From Candidatus Omnitrophota bacterium (GTDB taxonomy: Bacteria; Omnitrophota; Omnitrophia; Omnitrophales; Aquincolibacteriaceae): a stretch of DNA of 64,000 bases. This document shows, in pieces, positions 51,716 to 59,875 of this stretch; position 1 is the stretch's first letter; the number at the start of each line of letters is the position of its first letter. The notes under the pieces were generated by a model. That model made no database searches. It saw only the letters and a list, made by a program, of their open reading frames with translations, and was not told the origin of the DNA. A program made the translations under genes and the position numbers. The stretch is taken from positions 566 to 64,565 of the forward strand of contig JBDRCT010000010.1 in the NCBI GenBank assembly GCA_043821445.1. The letters run 5' to 3'.

Positions 51716-51758
51716 GGGACGGAAGGCGTTCAAACCCTTCCGTCAGCCTCATTTTCTC
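51716..51758 (+). terminator. candidate intrinsic terminator after dnaK
   Basis: A GC-rich stem gggacggaagg (51716-51726) / ccttccgtc (51736-51744) is followed by cattttctc. Confidence 0.4.
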
Positions 51759-51783
51759 AAGAAGTGAAAGGAGAGTAAATGCT

Positions 51784-52650
51784 ATGGCGATCGATCGCAG
51801 GCATTATACCTTTCTTTTCGTAATTTTCATGGTAATGGTCTTTGCGGTCCCGGGTTTTGCGACCCCGCGACTCAAGATCGAGCCTCCCGCCAAGCAGATC
51901 GCCCCCGGAAAAAGCGTGGTCCTGAAGATCCAACTCGAGTGGCCGCGGGAAGAAGGTTCGTACGAGTTCAACTCCCTTGAGCCGAAGCTTGAAAATCTGA
52001 CGCTTGTGGACCAGCGCCAATCGCAGGAAATCGGCGCGACCGTTTCTCAAACCTTTCTCTATGAGTTCCGGCCCATTCAGATCGGGCCTGCCGTCATTCA
52101 CCCTTTTGAGATCAGTTATCGCCAGGGTGACATGGAGCCGTGGATCCCCATGCTTGTCCCGGAACATCAGATCAAGGTGGTTTCAAATCTTCCTATCAGG
52201 GTAGCCTTGATCGGGTCGGGCATCGTAGCCGGACTTTTGATAGCGCTCTTCGTGGGCCTCAAGCAATGGGAACGCTGGAAGCTCTGGGTGGCTGCCAAAC
52301 GCGTTCCTCCGGTCGATCCGAAGCAGCAGATCTATAAACAAGCGGAAGAAGCTATCATGAATTTCACTTCTCCCTATCCCAAAGAGAAAATAACCCACTG
52401 GGCTGATCAGTTCCGGACCGTGGTCGAGACCTATTATGATGTTTCCAGCGTCGCCAGCCCCACCGATATCCTCTCATTCCTGAAGGTCAAAGGGATCCCG
52501 GCAGGGGAGCGGAACGAGATCTCCAGGATCTTCGGAGAGTTGACCGAAATGCAGTTCGCGCGACACGACATCTCGGATTACGATCTCGACAAGCTGGAAA
52601 GGAGCCTCTTGCAATATGTAACGAGCAAGATTATCATGGGTGCCCTGTAG
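51784..52650 (+). CDS. BatD-like/aerotolerance-operon membrane protein (signal peptide, periplasmic domain, 1 TM, cytoplasmic domain)
   Basis: Its architecture and C-terminal region resemble the protein at 54648..55601. It lies at the head of the MoxR-DUF58-vWA operon. Confidence 0.5.
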   Translation: MAIDRRHYTFLFVIFMVMVFAVPGFATPRLKIEPPAKQIAPGKSVVLKIQLEWPREEGSYEFNSLEPKLENLTLVDQRQSQEIGATVSQTFLYEFRPIQIGPAVIHPFEISYRQGDMEPWIPMLVPEHQIKVVSNLPIRVALIGSGIVAGLLIALFVGLKQWERWKLWVAAKRVPPVDPKQQIYKQAEEAIMNFTSPYPKEKITHWADQFRTVVETYYDVSSVASPTDILSFLKVKGIPAGERNEISRIFGELTEMQFARHDISDYDLDKLERSLLQYVTSKIIMGAL

Positions 52651-52698
52651 TTTTAAAAACGATCCCTGTCATCCCGTCCGCCACAACATGATCAACCT

Positions 52699-53709
52699 AT
52701 GAATGAGAAGGAGAATTTTATGGATAACTCGATCCAAGAAGTGAACGCTAAGATCCGTGATGCCAGCTCATCCTTAAAAGACCTCACCCGGGAGATCGGA
52801 AAGGTCATCGTCGGTCAGCAATACCTTGTGGACCGGCTCCTCATGGCCCTTTTGGCGGACGGACACATCTTGATCGAGGGGGTCCCGGGACTTGCCAAAA
52901 CGCTTTCGGTCAGGACACTTTCCCAGGCCATTAACGCTCAATTTCAGCGCATCCAGTTCACCCCCGACCTCCTGCCGGCGGACGTGGTCGGTACCTTGGT
53001 CTATAACCCCAAGGACGGCAATTTTACGACCAAAAAAGGCCCTATTTTCACGAATATCGTCCTGGCGGATGAGATCAACCGGGCGCCCTCCAAGGTCCAA
53101 AGCGCGCTCCTGGAGGCCATGCAGGAACGCCAGGTCACGATCGGTAACGAGACCTTCGCCCTCCCGGTTCCTTTCCTCGTCCTCGCCACCCAGAACCCCA
53201 TCGAGCAGGAGGGGACTTACCCTCTTCCCGAAGCCCAGGTCGACCGCTTTATGCTGAAACTTGTCGTCAGTTACCCGAGCAAAAAAGAAGAAAAAGAGAT
53301 CCTGGAGCGCATGGCGAGCGGAAAACTCATCAAGGTCAGTCCCGTGCTGAGTATCGAACGGATCATGGAGTTACGCCAATTGATGCACCAGATCTATATC
53401 GATGAAAAAGTGAAAGATTATATCCTCGACCTTGTGTTCGCGACGCGCAACCCCCAGGATTACAAACTTGCGGACCTAAAGCCGCTCATTGCCTACGGGG
53501 CTTCACCACGCGCGAGCATTATGTTGACCCTGGCCGCCAAGGCCAACGCCTTTCTCCAGGGCCGCGGTTACGTGACCCCCGACGACGTTAAACAGATCGG
53601 CCCCGACGTCCTGCGGCATCGCGTGCTCGTGACCTACGAGGCGGAGGCCGAGGACACAACGTCGGACGACATCGTCAAAAAGATCTTCGATCAGATCGAA
53701 GTCCCGTAG
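52699..53709 (+). CDS. MoxR-family AAA+ ATPase
   Basis: The Walker A region is GHILIEGVPGLAKT, the Walker B is VLADEINRA, and a MoxR C-terminal domain follows. Confidence 0.9.
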   Translation: MNEKENFMDNSIQEVNAKIRDASSSLKDLTREIGKVIVGQQYLVDRLLMALLADGHILIEGVPGLAKTLSVRTLSQAINAQFQRIQFTPDLLPADVVGTLVYNPKDGNFTTKKGPIFTNIVLADEINRAPSKVQSALLEAMQERQVTIGNETFALPVPFLVLATQNPIEQEGTYPLPEAQVDRFMLKLVVSYPSKKEEKEILERMASGKLIKVSPVLSIERIMELRQLMHQIYIDEKVKDYILDLVFATRNPQDYKLADLKPLIAYGASPRASIMLTLAAKANAFLQGRGYVTPDDVKQIGPDVLRHRVLVTYEAEAEDTTSDDIVKKIFDQIEVP

Positions 53710-53778
53710 CGCTGCTGGGACTTCAGCAGAACGCCTGTTTTTTCAAAAAAATATCCAAAAGAAAAGGTTTCTCACGGG

Positions 53779-54651
53779 ATGATCCTCGCCTCACTCCTGA
53801 AGAAAGTCAGGAAGATCGAAATTCGCACGACCCGGCTGGTCAATGACCTCTTCGGAGGGGAGTACGAATCCGTCTTTAAAGGCCAGGGGATCGAGTTCGC
53901 GGACGTCCGGGAATACGTGCCGGGCGACGATATCCGGACGATCGATTGGAACGTCACGGCGCGTTCGCTCCATCCCTTCGTCAAAAAATTCGTCGAGACC
54001 CGCGAACTCACGGTGCTTTTCGCCGTCGACATGTCCGGCTCGCAATATTTCGGCTCCACGGACAAGCTCAAATCCGAGATCGCGGCCGAGATCACGGCTG
54101 TTCTCGCCTTTTCCGCCGTCAAGAATAACGACAAGACCGGACTCCTCATCGTCACCGAGGGCGTCGAGAAATTCATCCCGGTCAAGAAGGGGAGGAACCA
54201 TGCCCTCCGCGTCATCCGCGAAGTCCTCGGATATCAGCCCAAGAAAAAGAAAACCCAACTTGCCGGGGCCCTGGAGTATCTTTACCGGGTCCAGACACGG
54301 ACCTCGGTCATTTTCCTGATCTCGGACTTTATGGACGAAGGCTATGAAAAAGCTCTGAAGATCCTCAGCCGGAAACACGACGTGATCGCCATCCATCTCC
54401 ATGACCCGCTCGAGCAACAATTCCCGAAGGTCGGACTGGTGGAACTGGCGGACCGGGAAAGCGGGGAGACCTTGCTGGTCGATACGACTTCCTCCCAGTT
54501 CCAAAACCGGTTCCGCCAAACGGCCGACGCAAAACAGGCCGCCCTCGAAAAACTCTTCAAAAGCCTGCAGATCGATTGCATCGATATCCCGGCCAACACC
54601 TCCTATGTCGAGCCGCTTTTCAAATTCTTCAAGAGCAGGGAACGCAAATGA
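53779..54651 (+). CDS. DUF58-family protein (vWA-like, MoxR partner)
   Basis: The conserved N-terminal RGQGIEFADVREYVPGDDIRTIDW is present, with VFAVDMSGS and the typical position after moxR. Confidence 0.85.
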   Translation: MILASLLKKVRKIEIRTTRLVNDLFGGEYESVFKGQGIEFADVREYVPGDDIRTIDWNVTARSLHPFVKKFVETRELTVLFAVDMSGSQYFGSTDKLKSEIAAEITAVLAFSAVKNNDKTGLLIVTEGVEKFIPVKKGRNHALRVIREVLGYQPKKKKTQLAGALEYLYRVQTRTSVIFLISDFMDEGYEKALKILSRKHDVIAIHLHDPLEQQFPKVGLVELADRESGETLLVDTTSSQFQNRFRQTADAKQAALEKLFKSLQIDCIDIPANTSYVEPLFKFFKSRERK

Positions 54652-55601
54652 AAAAGAAGGCGTTCCTTTTCTTCGCGCTTCTCTCTGTCGCGGCTTCCTC
54701 CGGCCCGTGTCTTGCGGCCGGGGCCGATGACATTCGCGTCAAGGCCGAGGTTAACAAGGCGTTCCTCACGATCGGGGATCCGGTCACCTACACCGTCACG
54801 GTCGAACACGCCCCGGATATCAAGGTCCTTTCCAGTATCCCGGCACCTTCTTCGGATTTTCTTGAGATCAAAAAGGTCGAAGACATCGACAAAAAACAAA
54901 AGAAAAAGATCCTGACGGGCCGCAAATTCACCCTCACGTCCTACCGGCTCGGAGAATTCATCCTCGACCCCGTGACGATCAAGTACCAAAAGGACGGGCA
55001 GCCTGAGAAAAGCATTTTGACGAACAAACTCTACCTGACGGTCAAAAGCGTTTCGGGAGGGGACCCCCAGGAAGATATCCGCGACGTCAAAACCGTCGTT
55101 CCCTACAAACTGCGTATAGGAAAACTCCTCGCGGTGCTTCTCGTTCTCATGCTTCTTGTGGGCGGCTACTTCCTCTATCGCGCACTCCGCAAGAAAAAGG
55201 GCGCCTTTCAACCCGCGGTCACACCAATGACCCTCGAAGAGGAAGCCTTCATGCATCTCACGGAGCTTTTTGAATCCGATCTTCTCAAGCGCGGTTTTAT
55301 CAAGATGTATTATTTGCGCCTTTCCGAGATCTTGAGGACCTATTTCGAAAAACGTTACAAGATCCTTGCCGTGGAATCGACCACGATCGAGATCTTACGC
55401 GCCTTCCGTCCCCAGCATCTTGAGACCGGCCTTTATCAGAAGATCCAGTATGTCCTCGAAGCCGCGGATCTCGCAAAATTCGCCAAGTGGATCCCTGCGG
55501 CCCCTGAGATCCTCCAGATCAACAAGAAGGCCGAGGAGATCATCAAAGAGTCCGTTCCTGTCCCGGAGCCGGTTCCCGTCGAGGTGTCCCATGGTGTTTA
55601 G
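54648..55601 (+). CDS. BatD-like membrane protein (paralog of 51784..52650)
   Basis: It has a signal peptide, a periplasmic domain, a single TM (LLAVLLVLMLLVGGYF) and a cytoplasmic C-terminal domain. The ATGA start overlaps the DUF58 stop. Confidence 0.5.
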   Translation: MKKKAFLFFALLSVAASSGPCLAAGADDIRVKAEVNKAFLTIGDPVTYTVTVEHAPDIKVLSSIPAPSSDFLEIKKVEDIDKKQKKKILTGRKFTLTSYRLGEFILDPVTIKYQKDGQPEKSILTNKLYLTVKSVSGGDPQEDIRDVKTVVPYKLRIGKLLAVLLVLMLLVGGYFLYRALRKKKGAFQPAVTPMTLEEEAFMHLTELFESDLLKRGFIKMYYLRLSEILRTYFEKRYKILAVESTTIEILRAFRPQHLETGLYQKIQYVLEAADLAKFAKWIPAAPEILQINKKAEEIIKESVPVPEPVPVEVSHGV

Positions 55602-56571
55602 AGACCCGGCATTCTTCCTGCTTCTGCTTCTTCTGCCACTGATCTTTTGGGGGGCGAAACGGCGCGAAAGGATCGAATTCCCGTTCCCGTCCCTTGAACT
55701 TCTTAAGGGCCGGCCCGCAACACCGCGGATGTTCCTCTTCAAACTCCTGCCGCTCCTCAAGACCGTCATGTTCCTTTTTTTGATCGCCGCGCTGGCGCGT
55801 CCTTCCAGCGTTTCAAGCGACAAGGAATACCAGACCCTCGGCGTGGATATCATGATCGCGCTCGACATCTCGGGTTCCATGCTCGCCGAGGACTTCCAGC
55901 CTGAGAACCGTATCTATGTCGCCAAGCAGGAGGCCGTCAAGTTCATCCAAGGACGCGAGAACGACCGCATCGGGCTTGTGGTTTTCTCTAAGAAAGCGTT
56001 CACGCAATGTCCTCTTACCCTGGATTATCGCATCTTGACCGAATTGCTTTCCGAGATCCGGGTGGGGATGATCGCGGACGGTACCGCCATCGGCATGGGC
56101 CTCGCGACCGCGGTGAACCGTCTCCGGGACTCGAACGCCAAAAGCAAGGTCATTATCCTCATTACGGACGGCGAGAATAACGCCGGCAACATCGATCCGG
56201 TCACCGCCGCGGAGCTCGCCAAAAGTTTCGGCATCAAGGTCTACACGATCGCGGTCGGCAAGGGCGGCATGGTCCCGTTCCCGGTCGACGACCCGCTTTT
56301 CGGCAAGCGCTATGTCCAGGCCAACGTGGAGATCGACGAAACGACCCTGAAGCGCATCGCCGACATCACAGGCGGCCTTTTCTTCCGGGCCCGCGACCCC
56401 GCGTCGCTCTCTGAGATCTACGAGCGGATCAACAAACTGGAAAAAAGCGAGGTCAAGGTCAAGGAATACCGGAGTTATAACGAACTCTTTCCGTTGTTCC
56501 TCATCCCCGCGCTTTTCTTGCTCCTTTTCGAAATCATCTTGCGCCGAACCCTGCTCCTGAAGGTGCCCTGA
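55591..56571 (+). CDS. vWA-domain membrane protein, BatA-like
   Basis: An N-terminal TM is followed by a vWA MIDAS motif DISGSM and a C-terminal TM. The ATG at 55591 is used. Confidence 0.8.
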   Translation: MVFRDPAFFLLLLLLPLIFWGAKRRERIEFPFPSLELLKGRPATPRMFLFKLLPLLKTVMFLFLIAALARPSSVSSDKEYQTLGVDIMIALDISGSMLAEDFQPENRIYVAKQEAVKFIQGRENDRIGLVVFSKKAFTQCPLTLDYRILTELLSEIRVGMIADGTAIGMGLATAVNRLRDSNAKSKVIILITDGENNAGNIDPVTAAELAKSFGIKVYTIAVGKGGMVPFPVDDPLFGKRYVQANVEIDETTLKRIADITGGLFFRARDPASLSEIYERINKLEKSEVKVKEYRSYNELFPLFLIPALFLLLFEIILRRTLLLKVP

Positions 56572-56650
56572 TGAATATCTTTATTTTCCATAGGGTCCAT
56601 CAGGACAACACAGCCCAAGTCTTTATTTCGTTTTTATTAATGGCGACTTG

Positions 56651-56722
56651 GGCAGCCCCAATTTCCGCTTTGCGGTCCCAATCCCAATCAATCGAAGCGA
56701 AGCTGAGATTGGGGCCGTCCAA
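56651..56722. repeat. intergenic palindromic repeat element, family GGACGGCCCCAATTT / AAATTGGGGCCGTCC (copy E)
   Basis: This copy is about 90% identical over ~54 bp to copy D at 51641..51694. It shares the GGGGCCGTCC, GTCCCAAT and CCCCAATTT words with copies at 18748..18798, 29309..29395 and 46853..46900. Confidence 0.65.
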
Positions 56723-56821
56723 ACTGCCATTTTGGAAAAGAAATAAAAAGTTTGGGCGGAAATTGATAAGTATTGGGACCGGCTTCCCGATGTTTTCTCT
56801 AATAGAAAGCCGGGTGCCCTG

Positions 56822-58753
56822 ATGCAATTCTTCCGACCGGAGTATTTCTTTTATTTGTGGCTGGTCCCGACGGTCCTGGTGTTCTATATTTTTTCGCGCA
56901 AGCTCTGGCAGAAGCGCCTTCACCGGCTGGTCCGGGATGAAGCGCTCCTTTCGAAATTGATCGAGGGCTACCGGAAAAGCGAGTGGCTTGTCCGCGCGGT
57001 CCTCATGACGCTTGCCGTGCTTTGTTTCGTGCTCGCGCTCGCGCGTCCGCAATGGGGGGATGAAAAACGTACGGCCCAGCGCAAGGGCCTGGACATCGTC
57101 TTCATGGTCGACACGTCCCTCAGCATGCTCGCCGAGGACATCAAACCCAATCGCCTCGGAAAAGCCAAATTCGAGGTCGAGACATTCATCCGTAACCTTC
57201 GCGGCGACCGCGTCGGTATGATCACTTTCGCGGGCTCGGGGTTCCTGCAGACCCCGCTCACGCTCGACCACGCCGCGTTCCTCTTGTTCCTGGACGCCGT
57301 CCAGGTGGGATTCCTGCCCGACCCCGGAACGTCGCTCACCCAGGCCATCCAACTGGCGATCCGTGCCTTTCCTCAAAAGGAACTCAAATACAAGGCCCTG
57401 GTCCTCTTTACGGACGGGGAGGACCATGGGGGCGGGATCGAAAAGGCCATCGAAGCGGCCAAGCAGGCCAATGTGAGGATCTATTGCATAGGCCTCGGGA
57501 CCGCGGAAGGAGAGCCTATCCCCCTCAAGAACGAAAAAGGGGAGCGCTCGGGATTCAAGAAGGACCGCAGCGGACAAATGGTGCTCACCCGCCTCAACAA
57601 GCCGCTTCTGGAACGGCTCGCCAGAGAAACGGGCGGGATCTATCTTCCCGCGACGCCCGGCGAGAAAGAAGTCGAGGTCATCTTAAAACACATGCGCGGA
57701 TGGGGGGAGCAGCAGTTTGCCGAAAAAGAGGTCGTGGAACGCGAAGACCAGTACCAGGTGTTCCTGATCTTCGCGTTGATCCTTCTCGTCGCCGAAATGC
57801 TGGTCCGTCGCAAAAACAGCAAAGGCCCGGACCTGATGGTCTGCCTCGCCGCTTTTTTCCTTTTTACGGGATTTCTCGAGACCTCGCAGAGCACGGTCAA
57901 AAAGGGCAACGAACATTTTCAGAACAAGCGCTATCAGTCCGCCCTGGAGGCCTACCGGAAGGTCCAGGTCAAGAAGCCCGACGCTCCGGAAGTGCTTTAT
58001 GATCTCGGAACGGCCCTTTATAAGACCGACGCCTTCCAGGAATCCGCTCAGCACCTCGAGACCGCTTCCAAGACGGCCAAGGACACGCAGCTGAAGGCCC
58101 GCGCACTCTATAACACCGGGAATGCCCAGTACCGGCTCGGGAATTTCGAGGGGGCCATTGATTCCTACAAGAAAGCCCTCGAACTGGATCCGGACGACAA
58201 AGACGCCAAATACAATCTCGAATTCCTGCAAAAGCAGAAGAACAAGATCGATAAAAAAGACCAGGAGCAGAAGAAAGAAGATCAGAAAAAGAAAGACGAG
58301 CAAAAGCAAGATCAACAGAAAAATAAGCAAGATCAGCAGAAACAAAAGGATCAGGGGCAGGGGAAGGACCAAAAGCAACAGCCCAAGCCCGATCAACAGG
58401 ATCAAGAACAACAACCCAAGCCTCAGGACCAGCAAGATCAGGAACAACAGCAACAGCAGAAAGAACAGCAGGAAAAAGAACAGCAACAGAAGGAACAGGA
58501 GCAAAAAGAAAAAGAAGAACAGCAAAAGCAGCAAGAGCAACAGAAGCAACAGAAGGAACAGGAAGAACAGCAAGAACAGAAAAGCCCTCAAGAAGAGCGT
58601 AGCGGAGAGCAAAAACGTCCGCTCCAGGGTCAAATGAGCATGGAAAATGCCCTCAACATTCTTGACGCCATGAAAGAATCCGAGAAGGAGCTCCAGGACC
58701 TTCGACGGCCGCCGGTCAACAAGAATCCGCCGCCCGTGGAAAAAGACTGGTAG
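56822..58753 (+). CDS. vWA + TPR fusion membrane protein (BatB/BatC-like) with a ~130 aa Q/K/E/D low-complexity tail
   Basis: A vWA domain (VFMVDTSLSM) and TM helices are followed by TPR units (ALYNTGNAQYRLGNFEGAIDSYKKALELDP) and then a KQ/EQ-rich repeat. Confidence 0.8.
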   Translation: MQFFRPEYFFYLWLVPTVLVFYIFSRKLWQKRLHRLVRDEALLSKLIEGYRKSEWLVRAVLMTLAVLCFVLALARPQWGDEKRTAQRKGLDIVFMVDTSLSMLAEDIKPNRLGKAKFEVETFIRNLRGDRVGMITFAGSGFLQTPLTLDHAAFLLFLDAVQVGFLPDPGTSLTQAIQLAIRAFPQKELKYKALVLFTDGEDHGGGIEKAIEAAKQANVRIYCIGLGTAEGEPIPLKNEKGERSGFKKDRSGQMVLTRLNKPLLERLARETGGIYLPATPGEKEVEVILKHMRGWGEQQFAEKEVVEREDQYQVFLIFALILLVAEMLVRRKNSKGPDLMVCLAAFFLFTGFLETSQSTVKKGNEHFQNKRYQSALEAYRKVQVKKPDAPEVLYDLGTALYKTDAFQESAQHLETASKTAKDTQLKARALYNTGNAQYRLGNFEGAIDSYKKALELDPDDKDAKYNLEFLQKQKNKIDKKDQEQKKEDQKKKDEQKQDQQKNKQDQQKQKDQGQGKDQKQQPKPDQQDQEQQPKPQDQQDQEQQQQQKEQQEKEQQQKEQEQKEKEEQQKQQEQQKQQKEQEEQQEQKSPQEERSGEQKRPLQGQMSMENALNILDAMKESEKELQDLRRPPVNKNPPPVEKDW

Positions 58754-58919
58754 AACAGACCCGAGACCACAGACTGAAGACTCCAGACGAGACGATTTGC
58801 TTTCGGTCAGTTTCTGCTTTAGTCTACGGTCTGCAGTCTGCGGTCTCAAAAATTGAATAAAGCTGGAAACACAGGTTCTTTTACAAAATATAAAAACAGA
58901 AAATTCTGGAGATAATCAT

Positions 58920-59366
58920 ATGAGCTTAGCGGAACAGATCGAAAAGGACGTTCTCGTGGCCATGAAGGCTAAGGATCTTGTCAAGGTATCCACCTTGCGA
59001 ATGCTCAAAAGCGCCCTCGGGAATTATCTGATCCAGGTAAAAAAGGACAAGGCGGAGGACCCGGAGGTTCTCGGGATCATCACCAAGCAGGCCAAGCAGC
59101 GCCGGGAAAGCGTCGAAAGTTTTGAGAAGGCGGGCCGCAAAGACCTGGCAGATAAGGAAAAGGCCGAACTCGCGATCTTGGAGTCCTATTTGCCGAAACA
59201 GATGACCGACGACGAACTCAGGGCAGCGGTCCAAAATGCCATTGTTTCTTCGGGCGCCAAAAGTCCCGCAGACATCGGGAAACTCATGAAGGTCCTGATG
59301 CCCGCCGTTCAAAGCAAAGCCGACGGCAAACGTGTCCAAGAAGCCGTCAAAGCCATCCTGAAATAG
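58920..59366 (+). CDS. yqeY: GatB/YqeY-domain protein
   Basis: A 148 aa protein with the YqeY N-terminal and C-terminal helices (..AMKAKD...LRMLKSA......ILESYLP). Confidence 0.8.
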   Translation: MSLAEQIEKDVLVAMKAKDLVKVSTLRMLKSALGNYLIQVKKDKAEDPEVLGIITKQAKQRRESVESFEKAGRKDLADKEKAELAILESYLPKQMTDDELRAAVQNAIVSSGAKSPADIGKLMKVLMPAVQSKADGKRVQEAVKAILK

Positions 59367-59875
59367 CCCCAAATCACGCCAAGTTGCCCCGATCGAGCGA
59401 CTTTCTCTCCCTATAGGCTAGTTTACATAAGATACATTATGGGACGTACGTTAAGCTGGCCGAGGGATCCTTCTCTACAGCTCGCTGTGTTCTGAGCATG
59501 AAACTCTGCAGGAAAAACATATCGCACGGAATGCGGCGTTTAACTCCCAGGCAAAAGTTTTTCAATGTCCCAGCTTGTTTTCCCCGTTAGCGATAAAGCT
59601 GCGCGACACTTTGCAGTTACTTAGGGATTGCGCGGCACGCATACGCCATTTACGCGCGTACGCCTCTGGAAATGTAAGGGGCTCTTTCTCTCCTGTCTTG
59701 ACCCTAACCTAGAGAGGACTCCCCTATAGCGGAAATGACCCTTTTAAAGGGCCTATAGGAGGGGCTCTTCTATGGAATGGCCTATAAGGGACCCGATTTT
59801 GACCCAAACCGTCAAAATACCATGATTTTGCGCGGTTTTAGGCCATTCTTATGGGGAGTTTGTAGGAGAAGGTAT

